Origin: Bacteroidales bacterium
GTDB taxonomy: Bacteria; Bacteroidota; Bacteroidia; Bacteroidales; F082
Reading direction: 5' to 3'
Length of the DNA: 47,202 bases
NCBI GenBank assembly: GCA_027011095.1
Contig: JALVAQ010000492.1
Location: 1-47,202 of the forward strand
In this document: piece after piece, positions 1-7,666 of the stretch
Layout of the letters: each line of letters begins with the position of its first letter
How positions within the stretch are numbered: the first letter of the stretch is position 1
Made by a program: the position numbers and the translations under genes
Notes under the pieces: generated by a model
Told to the model about the DNA's origin: nothing
Seen by the model: the letters and a program-made list of their open reading frames with translations, nothing else
The model's database searches: none

Positions 1-943
1 TTCGCAGTTTTAGTTTTGACCTGTCGATGGTGCTCGAGTCAATGCTATAGTAAACATAATTGTACATGGCAGGAACTCCCATTAAAATTGTAGCTCCGTA
101 TTTTGTAATTGATGACCAAAAGTCAGCAGGAGAAAAGGCTTTTCTTATACTAACCGTTTGCCCGGCAAAAGCGATGGGAAAAGTCCATACACAGATAGGG
201 TTGGTGTGATACATAGGAAGCAGAAGAAGCATAACATCACCTTCCTGAAAAATACCGATTTTCGACATGTCGCGACTTATGGAAAGCTGTCCTTTGTTTG
301 AAATGAGAATACCTTTGGGGTTACCTGTGGTTCCCGATGAATAAAGAAGTAAAAACGGGTCATCAGGTTGTTGAGCTACAAAAGCTTCGGTATCGGGATA
401 ATCAGAAAGAATATCTGATAACTTTTCCTGATTTAAATTTACGTTGTGCTCAGTAGCTGTAATCACTTCAACAACCTCGGGTTTATATTTAGCTTCTTGA
501 TACCCTTTGTCAAACTCTTCCATAAATTCACTACCTACAAAAACGATTTTTGGTTTAGAATCGTCCAGTAGATAAGCAATTTCAGGTCCTTTTAACATAA
601 AATTTATGGAGCTGGCTATGGCACCAAGTTTTTGAATACCAAACATTGCATAATAAACTTCGGGGGAGTTCATAATCAGAATCGATACCACATCTCCTTT
701 ACCTATTCCTTTTGATTTTAAAAAGTTAGCCACTTTATTAGCGCGTTGATTTACCTGTCCGTAGGTAATTACTTCGTCGTAAAACAACACATAGGGCTTG
801 TCAGGAATTTCGTTCGCACGGGTAAGTATCATTTCGGCAACACTATCAAATTCTATCCTTTTTTCTTTTAAGAAATTGAGTTCATTTAACGGGATAGGAT
901 TCATTCCTCCCGCATTACCTTTATCAGACAAATTAGAATTCAT
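1..943 (-). CDS. AMP-dependent acyl-CoA synthetase/ligase, N-terminal part (gene continues beyond window start)
   Basis: Absent from the ORF track because it runs off the window. My minus-strand translation from the ATG at 943-941 gives MNSNLSDKGNAGGMNPIPLNELNFLKEK... and contains the AMP-binding signature LLLYSSGTTGNPKG. Confidence 0.8.
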   Translation of the reverse strand, partial: MNSNLSDKGNAGGMNPIPLNELNFLKEKRIEFDSVAEMILTRANEIPDKPYVLFYDEVITYGQVNQRANKVANFLKSKGIGKGDVVSILIMNSPEVYYAMFGIQKLGAIASSINFMLKGPEIAYLLDDSKPKIVFVGSEFMEEFDKGYQEAKYKPEVVEVITATEHNVNLNQEKLSDILSDYPDTEAFVAQQPDDPFLLLYSSGTTGNPKGILISNKGQLSISRDMSKIGIFQEGDVMLLLLPMYHTNPICVWTFPIAFAGQTVSIRKAFSPADFWSSITKYGATILMGVPAMYNYVYYSIDSSTIDRSKLKLR

Positions 944-1073
944 TATACTTTTTTTTTGAAATTAAATACTATATTTTACTGTTTATTTACACAATTTAAG
1001 GCACCTAAAAACATGGCCTGCTGTATAAAAATGCAACAACCACCATTTAAGTGCCGAAATTGGGACATGCTTA

Positions 1074-2060
1074 TTATTCACCCATAAACAGGTGCATTGG
1101 GTTTTCTTTAATGATCGTATTGATTTGATCATCGGTTACTCCTCTTTGTTTTAAAGCTGGAATAACATTTTGAAACAGATGTGTAGGATACCAGTTTGCA
1201 ATCAAAGGTAATGCTGGTTCAGGTATAGCCAGCGGACGGCCAAGCCAGGTAATAATAAAATCATGTGATATCATCAATTGATTGGCATATCCCATTTTGA
1301 TTAACTCGGCAAGAACTTCATAGCGCTGTTCATCCATTGGACAACCGGCTAGGCCCTGTAGTCCCATACGGTCCCACGAAACATAAACACCTTGTTTTAA
1401 TGTTTCAACCTGATAATCAATATCCAAACTATCGCACATGTGACCTATTTGAATACGCTTGGGATCAGCTCCGGATTCAATAAGCAACTTAGCCTGTTCA
1501 GGACCCATGGTACCTTCGGTTGTATGAGTAATAATGGGAACACCGGTTTCTTTTTGAACTCTGGCAGCAGCAATAAACATCTTTTTCTCGTACTCGGTAA
1601 TTTCTCCTTTACTGGAACCAACTTTGATAACACCGGCTTTAATGCCTGTATCACGAATTCCTTTCGTTACTTCTGTCAGAAATAATTCATATAACTCGTT
1701 GCTAATATCTCCAAGAGAACTGCGAAAAGTCCAATAAGCTGAACCTCCTTCTTCTTCGTAATAATATCCGGTAGAGCAAATAATGTTTACTCCTGACTTT
1801 TCCGAAATCTCTTTATACATTTCCGGTTGCCGACCCTGGTCAGATGCAGTAGCGTCCACATAAGTTTTTACACCAAGTTCTTTTAACTTCAAGAGAGTTT
1901 CCACACCATTTTTTACAACAGCATCGTGATCCAGCGGTGCAATGGTTTGATCTCCCTCCCAACCGGGATAACCATAACAGATGTGTTCGTGCATGAGCGT
2001 TACGCCCATTTCTTCCGGCGATATTTGTCCCAACACCGTGTTTACTTTTGCATTACTCAT
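1074..2060 (-). CDS. Phosphotriesterase-related protein (PTE/Php amidohydrolase family)
   Basis: 328 aa with the N-terminal metal motif TLMHEHI, then STGYYY, IKAGVIKVGSS, ITHT and IGHMCD, arranged as in E. coli Php. AGGAGG lies 5 nt upstream of the ATG. Confidence 0.85.
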   Translation of the reverse strand: MSNAKVNTVLGQISPEEMGVTLMHEHICYGYPGWEGDQTIAPLDHDAVVKNGVETLLKLKELGVKTYVDATASDQGRQPEMYKEISEKSGVNIICSTGYYYEEEGGSAYWTFRSSLGDISNELYELFLTEVTKGIRDTGIKAGVIKVGSSKGEITEYEKKMFIAAARVQKETGVPIITHTTEGTMGPEQAKLLIESGADPKRIQIGHMCDSLDIDYQVETLKQGVYVSWDRMGLQGLAGCPMDEQRYEVLAELIKMGYANQLMISHDFIITWLGRPLAIPEPALPLIANWYPTHLFQNVIPALKQRGVTDDQINTIIKENPMHLFMGE

Positions 2061-2353
2061 AATTTCCTCCTTTTTTTATTAATAATAGAATATGTAAGTG
2101 AAATAAGTTCAAAAGAATAAGCATGTCAGATGTAAAAACAGAGAAGCAAAAAAACAACAGCCGGTAATCTCTCTTTTATAATTTGCTTGACTTGTTCAAA
2201 AATAACAATAAAATAACAGATAAATACAATTTTCTCCAGCTATTAAATAAACAAGAGCCAATTTATTTTTATTCCAAAAAACGTTTTCGAGAGCAAATAA
2301 GCATAGTAGCATCTCCTTTCAAGAAGAGATTGATTTTAAAAAAAGAAAAGCTA

Positions 2354-3064
2354 TCAAGCATTCATCTCCTCAAGTATTAACTTAACCCCGAAAACCTTTT
2401 CAAAAGCATATTTCAGCACTGCTGTTACTTCGTTTAAAGGCACCTCTTTTCCAAGCTCCTTTTTGATGGAAGTAACGCCCTTATTTTTTAAGCCGCAGGG
2501 AATGATGTAATTAAAATATTCAAGGTTGGTATTTACATTGAGGGCAAAACCATGCATACTGATTTTTTTGCTAATTTTCATCCCTATAGCAGCAATCTTT
2601 CGTGCCTTATGCGGATGGTATGGGTCGAGCCACACGCCGGTAGCCCCTTCTAAACGTTCGGCAACGATACCATACTGAGCAACCGTGTCAATAAGCATCT
2701 CTTCGATGTTGTAAACAAATTCCTTAATGGATAGATGAAGTTTATCCAAATCAAACACCGGATACCCCACCAACTGACCGGGTCCATGGTAAGTGATATC
2801 TCCTCCTCGCTCAATTTTAAAAAAGGAGACCTTTTTTTTATTCAGTATTTCATCACTCAGCAGTAAATTATTTTTGTTGCCACTGTTACCGAGTGTAAAT
2901 ACATGAGGATGTTCCAATAGAAACAAATGATTTGAAGTATCTCCATTTGTTTTACCTGTTTTTATGTTAAAATTCCGGGTAAACAGTTCTTTCTGAAGGT
3001 TCCATGCCTTTTTATATTCAGTTAAACCTGGCTGATATAACAGGATGTTATTGGTTTCGGTCAT
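2354..3064 (-). CDS. lipB: Lipoyl(octanoyl) transferase
   Basis: 236 aa with the LipB core RGGDITYHGPGQLVGYP and KIAAIG. A -7 box lies at 3089-3096. Confidence 0.9.
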   Translation of the reverse strand: MTETNNILLYQPGLTEYKKAWNLQKELFTRNFNIKTGKTNGDTSNHLFLLEHPHVFTLGNSGNKNNLLLSDEILNKKKVSFFKIERGGDITYHGPGQLVGYPVFDLDKLHLSIKEFVYNIEEMLIDTVAQYGIVAERLEGATGVWLDPYHPHKARKIAAIGMKISKKISMHGFALNVNTNLEYFNYIIPCGLKNKGVTSIKKELGKEVPLNEVTAVLKYAFEKVFGVKLILEEMNA

Positions 3065-3088
3065 TTTGTTTGCTAATTATTAACGAGC

Positions 3089-3096
3089 CAAAAATA
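3089..3096 (-). promoter_or_regulatory. Bacteroidota -7 promoter box TATTTTTG for lipB
   Basis: Plus strand reads CAAAAATA, which is TAnnTTTG on the minus strand. It sits 25 nt upstream of the lipB ATG and immediately downstream of the terminator at 3102-3129. Confidence 0.5.
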
Positions 3097-3101
3097 AGCA
3101 C

Positions 3102-3129
3102 AAAAAAAGCCACTCTTGATAAGAGCGGC
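3102..3129 (-). terminator. Rho-independent terminator ending the 7349-3157 operon (bidirectional shape)
   Basis: Stem GCCACTCTT / AAGAGCGGC (9 bp, one mismatch) with a 3-nt loop. It is flanked by A7 on one side and TTTTATTTT on the other, so a U-run follows the hairpin on the minus strand. Confidence 0.55.
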
Positions 3130-3156
3130 TTTTATTTTATGACAATAAATATTTAA

Positions 3157-3396
3157 CTAACTTAATTCTTCCTCATCTTTCTGACGAAGTTCATAGAGTT
3201 TGCGTCCACCATAGGCAACGCCAAGACCCAGTAAAATAAAAAGGCCGCCTCCAACGGGTGCTCCGCCACCGATTGGTTGATCACCTGGTTGAGGCCCTCC
3301 CGGAGGATCACTTGGCCCCATAATTTGTGCATTTGCATTTATGGTCAGAAACAGGCTAATCACTAAAATTGACAGAATTGATATAACTTTTTTCAT
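3157..3396 (-). CDS. 79-aa secreted Pro/Gly-rich peptide with a C-terminal TM helix plus basic cluster (sorting-signal-like)
   Basis: Signal peptide MKKVISILSILVISLFLTINANA, then a P/G-rich linker (GPSDPPGGPQPGDQPIGGGAPVGGG), a hydrophobic helix (LFILLGLGVAY) and GGRKLYELRQKDEEELS. Confidence 0.6.
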   Translation of the reverse strand: MKKVISILSILVISLFLTINANAQIMGPSDPPGGPQPGDQPIGGGAPVGGGLFILLGLGVAYGGRKLYELRQKDEEELS

Positions 3397-3424
3397 TGTA
3401 TTCTTGTTTTATAAGTGGGCAAAT

Positions 3425-5710
3425 TTATTTAGTAATTAATATTTTGTTGGTATATACGCCTGACTCGGTAATTACCTGAACTACATAATAAGCCATGTGG
3501 TCGGAAACCCAAATTTTAGAAAGCTTTTGTCCGTCTGGAATTTCTCTTTCAGAAACTAAGCTACCGGCCATGTTGTATATTGAAACTTTCTTAATTTTTT
3601 CGTTGGTTACGTTTTTAATATAAGCGTATTGTCTCCAAGAGTAGATGTCCACTTTTGCTTCATCCTTATTGTTGATGCTTGTGGGGCCAAAGAAGTGAAT
3701 AATAAACCGGTCGTTTGGCTCATACGAAGTAGCTGTAAAGGTATAATGAGGATTGTTGTTCAGGTAAATCCACTTGTCGTTGTCTTTTTTATCTTCTAAC
3801 CAAACTTCATTACCGGCTTCAAAGGAGTCGATACCTTCAAAATCGAAAGTGTATTCGGCGGTATAACCACATTGGAAATTAACCGGAACACTGACCATGT
3901 CGCCTTGGAGACCTTCGAGAGGAAGTGCGTTAATGGCCAACTCGGAACCATCTTCCGCAATACTTCTAATCATGGTAGCATCGTCGTACATACTGTTCCA
4001 TTTTTCTCCATCCAGATTAACATCATAGCCATTGGTAGCGTCATCAGTAAAACGAACGATAAGTTCATCGCTGTATCCCATGGAACCACCATGAACTTTC
4101 ATTGTTAACATATTTGGCAGCGTTTCTCTGAATGCATCACTACTGTGTGCCCTTAAGGCATTGGTAAACTGAACCGAACCGGCACTATTTGTTTCAACAA
4201 AGAAAGCCTGTCCAACCTGAACATATTGCTGCGAACCGGCACCTCCAGCTCTATTTTCATAATTACCAGTACCCGGATTCCAAATCCAGTATCCGTTATT
4301 AATAACACCTGTATTTGCAGCAGCAAAAGCATCAAAATCAATGGATGAAGGATAAGGGTTACTTATTAATTCGTAATGGTTGTTGCTATAGGTAAGTGCC
4401 GGAGGGTTGGTATTACCCGTAATAAATTCACCTGTCATTTCCAACGTATGATCAGTAGCATCGGTGGTTGAAAGGGCAATTCCGTCTCCGGTAGCAACGA
4501 GATAACTGTTGCTGTAAATGTTTTGCCATCCGTCGGCAACCGGTTGTGCTTCATCCCAATCGTAAGCGTAGGTACTTCCGGCAGCTACATCAAAGGCGCT
4601 TAAAACGGCACCGCCTGCTCCGGCAACATCAACAGTAGGCCCTACTATGTGTTGGTGAAAACTACCGGCAGTAGCTGTATTGGTAAGGTAAGTCTGAACC
4701 TTACCCAAACCGCTTGTGCCGTAGGTGATGGTTCCGTTGTCAATAAAAGAACCTACGCCGGTGGCATCGGCCTGAACTTCGATACCACTTGCAGCATCAA
4801 TTTCAGTACTACCACCAACCGTTGCATAACCTAACGCCGGTAAATACAACTTACCCTTGACGATTAGATTATCTGAAATATCCAGACGAGCAGGTGTTGA
4901 AGTATTTGTAGATAAATCAGGAACCGTAACATGTGCACCACTTTCGATAAACATTTTTACACAGGCCCAACCCCATTCGTCAGCGGCAGTAGTAACTTCA
5001 GGATAATTAGTTAGGCCTGAGGGTATTAAAATATTAGCACCGGCTTCTCCATAGTAAGGAAAGTAATTTCCCGGAGGAGCATCACCGGAACATTTGCCTT
5101 CCCAATTAGATGTGTTTTCCCATTTATTACCATTATGCGCAGAGGGTGGACCTCCTGCAGCACCTGTCCAAACAAAGTTATAAACAGTTGTGGGGTATGA
5201 ATACGTTACATCCCCATTTATCGAAGGTGTATAATCAGTACCCTCCTGATTCCAGTTAAGGCTTCTGCCATCCCAGTTATTTGGAGCTATTTCAAATAAT
5301 CCACTTCCTGTTGCTCCGGTTGCTTCAAAAACTGCAATGTCTTCCCACTCTCCAGTTGTCCAGTTATTAGGTGGGTTGAAAGGGGTATTGGAAGCATTCC
5401 AATAATGATAATCGTAACCTCCTTCGTTTTGTTCCCCGTTTAAGCCGTCTATAATATTATAATCATTGGTAGAGCATAACAATGTTAAATCAACTGCTCC
5501 GGCAGGATATCTGACAACAAAAGTAATATCTACTATATTTGTTGCTGTGGTTGGAGTTCCCGTTCCTGATGTTTCACGCATCTGAACAGTCAAATAACCT
5601 ATTTCATTTTCTACAGTTCTTATTTCAAAGGTCTGTGCACTCACAAAGAGGAAACTGCTACTTAAAAGAACCGTAAGTACTATTTTGTAAAATATATTTT
5701 TCATTTTCAT
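3425..5710 (-). CDS. Large secreted protein with a T9SS type-A C-terminal sorting domain
   Basis: 761 aa. N-terminal signal peptide ends FVSAQT. The C-terminal ~75 aa (VDIYSW...VSIYNMAGSLV...YYVVQVITESGVYTNKILITK) fit the Por secretion tail pattern. Confidence 0.75.
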   Translation of the reverse strand: MKMKNIFYKIVLTVLLSSSFLFVSAQTFEIRTVENEIGYLTVQMRETSGTGTPTTATNIVDITFVVRYPAGAVDLTLLCSTNDYNIIDGLNGEQNEGGYDYHYWNASNTPFNPPNNWTTGEWEDIAVFEATGATGSGLFEIAPNNWDGRSLNWNQEGTDYTPSINGDVTYSYPTTVYNFVWTGAAGGPPSAHNGNKWENTSNWEGKCSGDAPPGNYFPYYGEAGANILIPSGLTNYPEVTTAADEWGWACVKMFIESGAHVTVPDLSTNTSTPARLDISDNLIVKGKLYLPALGYATVGGSTEIDAASGIEVQADATGVGSFIDNGTITYGTSGLGKVQTYLTNTATAGSFHQHIVGPTVDVAGAGGAVLSAFDVAAGSTYAYDWDEAQPVADGWQNIYSNSYLVATGDGIALSTTDATDHTLEMTGEFITGNTNPPALTYSNNHYELISNPYPSSIDFDAFAAANTGVINNGYWIWNPGTGNYENRAGGAGSQQYVQVGQAFFVETNSAGSVQFTNALRAHSSDAFRETLPNMLTMKVHGGSMGYSDELIVRFTDDATNGYDVNLDGEKWNSMYDDATMIRSIAEDGSELAINALPLEGLQGDMVSVPVNFQCGYTAEYTFDFEGIDSFEAGNEVWLEDKKDNDKWIYLNNNPHYTFTATSYEPNDRFIIHFFGPTSINNKDEAKVDIYSWRQYAYIKNVTNEKIKKVSIYNMAGSLVSEREIPDGQKLSKIWVSDHMAYYVVQVITESGVYTNKILITK

Positions 5711-5744
5711 TTATTTAGTAATAAAAATTAGATAACATTTATCA

Positions 5745-7349
5745 TTAATGAGGGATATGTTGTGAATATACAACACCGGGAGTAGAAACTCCTACTACAT
5801 TTAATATTGTACTTCTATCGTTACCTGCTCCGTTGTAAATAACCGATCCGTCCATATTAACATCATTTACTGAATAAGTGCTAGTCACTGTATTTCCCGG
5901 AGTAGATACACCTACTGCAGAGAGTACGGAAGACCTGTCGTTACCAGCCCCATTATATGAAATGGTACCATCCTGTGTTGCATCACCTTCCCACAGCCCC
6001 CAAACACCTGATTCAACTTCTTTCATGGCAACGTTGCTTGTAACAGTTGCGTCAGCCCATGCCTGAGCAAGAGCAGATGAAAAATCAAAACTTGGAGAAG
6101 CAGCACTTAAGTTAACAGTTGAAGCACTCATTACCGGTAGGTGGTTGCGATGGTGGATGGAAATATAATAACTTCCTTTTTCCAAACCTGTAACACTCAT
6201 ATTGCTTCCGTCAGCATTAATTATCTGTCCTGACTGGTTTACGAATTTAGCTACCGAATCAAGCAGTGTGGTGCTGCTGTTTCCATCTCTGAAAATAATT
6301 TTTACCCAGTCAACTGCGCCGGAAGGTACTGATGCGGAAGTTCCCATTCCATAGGGATCAGTTGTTGGAATAAGGCCGGCAGTATTCAGTGTATTATCCA
6401 TGTTGTGGTTGGTTGTGTTATACGCACCGGCAAGGAATACTTTTAAATTAACGGTAAGACCGCCGTAATAGTAATCGCCAACAGCAAAGGTACCTATACT
6501 GCTAAAGCCGCTTCCCACTCTGGTATAAGGGTCACCACCATTGGCAGCACCCACGGCACCCCAGGTATAGTTTGCACCATTATCGGTGGTAAGGCCAACC
6601 TGACAGGATGTTCTGTCAAAATTAGTTAACTCAGTAGAGGCAGCCCATTGTGGTGTAACCGTTAAATCGGAGCCTCCTGAAATATTTTCGGAAACGACCC
6701 AGCTTTTATTTACCATGTGATTGGTACTTGCGTTGGCAGGTTCGTTGTCAACAACCCTAACACCATAATAATCGGCTGTACCTGCATTGGCTAAGGTTAC
6801 CGGATTATAACTTGCGTTTCCAACGGGATAGGTAACATTGCTGCTGCCAACATTTCGTTTTACAACACCTGTACTATTGGTTTTAACATATCCTGTGGAA
6901 GAGCCGGCGCCGGTGGGGTCGGTAGTGCCAATGGTAAGATTAAAACCATTAAGTGTTAAATTGCCGGAAGTAAAGTTTAATATTCCGTTGATGGTTTGAT
7001 CGGCACCCGTTGAGGTAGCTGTGAGAGAAACTCCGCTGGCATTATCAATATCAACCGTTCCATAAAAGGCAACATCATGATCGCCGGTAATTTCCTGGGC
7101 AGCGGAACCGTTAAATGTAACTGTTCCCGAAGAGGTAGCATCGAACAAGCCGCTTGTGTTGTTGGTAAGATCGCCTTGTACCGAAATGTCACCATTGTTT
7201 TTAATGGTTCCACCCGAATTGACAATATCATTGGCAACAACCGTTGAACCGCTATTGACCACAAGTTGCGATCCACTCGACAGCGTCATTTGTCCATAAA
7301 CTGAAAAGGCACTCCAGAATAGGAATGCTAGCATTGTAATTTTTTTCAT
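5745..7349 (-). CDS. Secreted beta-helix-like surface protein ending in two dockerin-like 40-aa repeats (no T9SS CTD)
   Basis: 534 aa with a signal peptide. The N-terminal region is G/S/T/N-rich and repetitive (GSTVVANDIVNSGGTIKNNGDISVQGDLTNN...). The C-terminus carries 2 x 40 aa with D-x-[DN/T]-x-D-G-x-[IV]...NDRS. Confidence 0.7.
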   Translation of the reverse strand: MKKITMLAFLFWSAFSVYGQMTLSSGSQLVVNSGSTVVANDIVNSGGTIKNNGDISVQGDLTNNTSGLFDATSSGTVTFNGSAAQEITGDHDVAFYGTVDIDNASGVSLTATSTGADQTINGILNFTSGNLTLNGFNLTIGTTDPTGAGSSTGYVKTNSTGVVKRNVGSSNVTYPVGNASYNPVTLANAGTADYYGVRVVDNEPANASTNHMVNKSWVVSENISGGSDLTVTPQWAASTELTNFDRTSCQVGLTTDNGANYTWGAVGAANGGDPYTRVGSGFSSIGTFAVGDYYYGGLTVNLKVFLAGAYNTTNHNMDNTLNTAGLIPTTDPYGMGTSASVPSGAVDWVKIIFRDGNSSTTLLDSVAKFVNQSGQIINADGSNMSVTGLEKGSYYISIHHRNHLPVMSASTVNLSAASPSFDFSSALAQAWADATVTSNVAMKEVESGVWGLWEGDATQDGTISYNGAGNDRSSVLSAVGVSTPGNTVTSTYSVNDVNMDGSVIYNGAGNDRSTILNVVGVSTPGVVYSQHIPH

Positions 7350-7412
7350 AAAGCAACCATAAGTTTTATTTAGTTTAATAACTATAAATAAAGGTAGGAA
7401 ATTTGGTTTGCT

Positions 7413-7420
7413 TTATCGGG
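7413..7420 (-). promoter_or_regulatory. -7 promoter box TACCTTTG for the 7349-3157 operon
   Basis: Plus strand CAAAGGTA, 64 nt upstream of the ATG at 7349. Confidence 0.4.
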
Positions 7421-7464
7421 TACAAAGGTACATCGAATTAGTTATAAAAAGCAAATAAAATTAG

Positions 7465-7484
7465 AACTATTTTTAAAAATAGTT
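7465..7484. repeat. Perfect 20-bp palindrome AACTATTTTTAAAAATAGTT
   Basis: Read directly; the two 10-nt halves are exact reverse complements. Located upstream of the surface-protein operon promoter. Confidence 0.9.
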
Positions 7485-7554
7485 TGTATATGATTGATTT
7501 GGAATGCTATAAGGGTTTAAAAAAATTGTGACATTTTGGTAAAATACAAGTACA

Positions 7555-7579
7555 AGCTCACAGTTGCAAACTGTGAGCT
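7555..7579 (-). terminator. Hairpin downstream of the nucleoside-kinase gene (candidate terminator)
   Basis: AGCTCACAGT-TGCAA-ACTGTGAGCT is a perfect 10-bp stem with a 5-nt loop. On the minus strand it is followed by TGTACTTGTATTTTACC, which is only moderately U-rich. Confidence 0.4.
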
Positions 7580-7666
7580 GAATACAGCTGAGTTACAACC
7601 AGTGAGCTAAACATTCTTAGTGTATCTTCGGGCATCTTCGAGTCTTGGTGTCTTGGTGGCTATTTC

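Noticed and set aside
2183-2380. 65-aa plus-strand ORF between the PTE-like gene and lipB
   Set aside because: It has a TTG start, a Lys-rich low-complexity product, overlaps the lipB 3' end, and has no promoter box.
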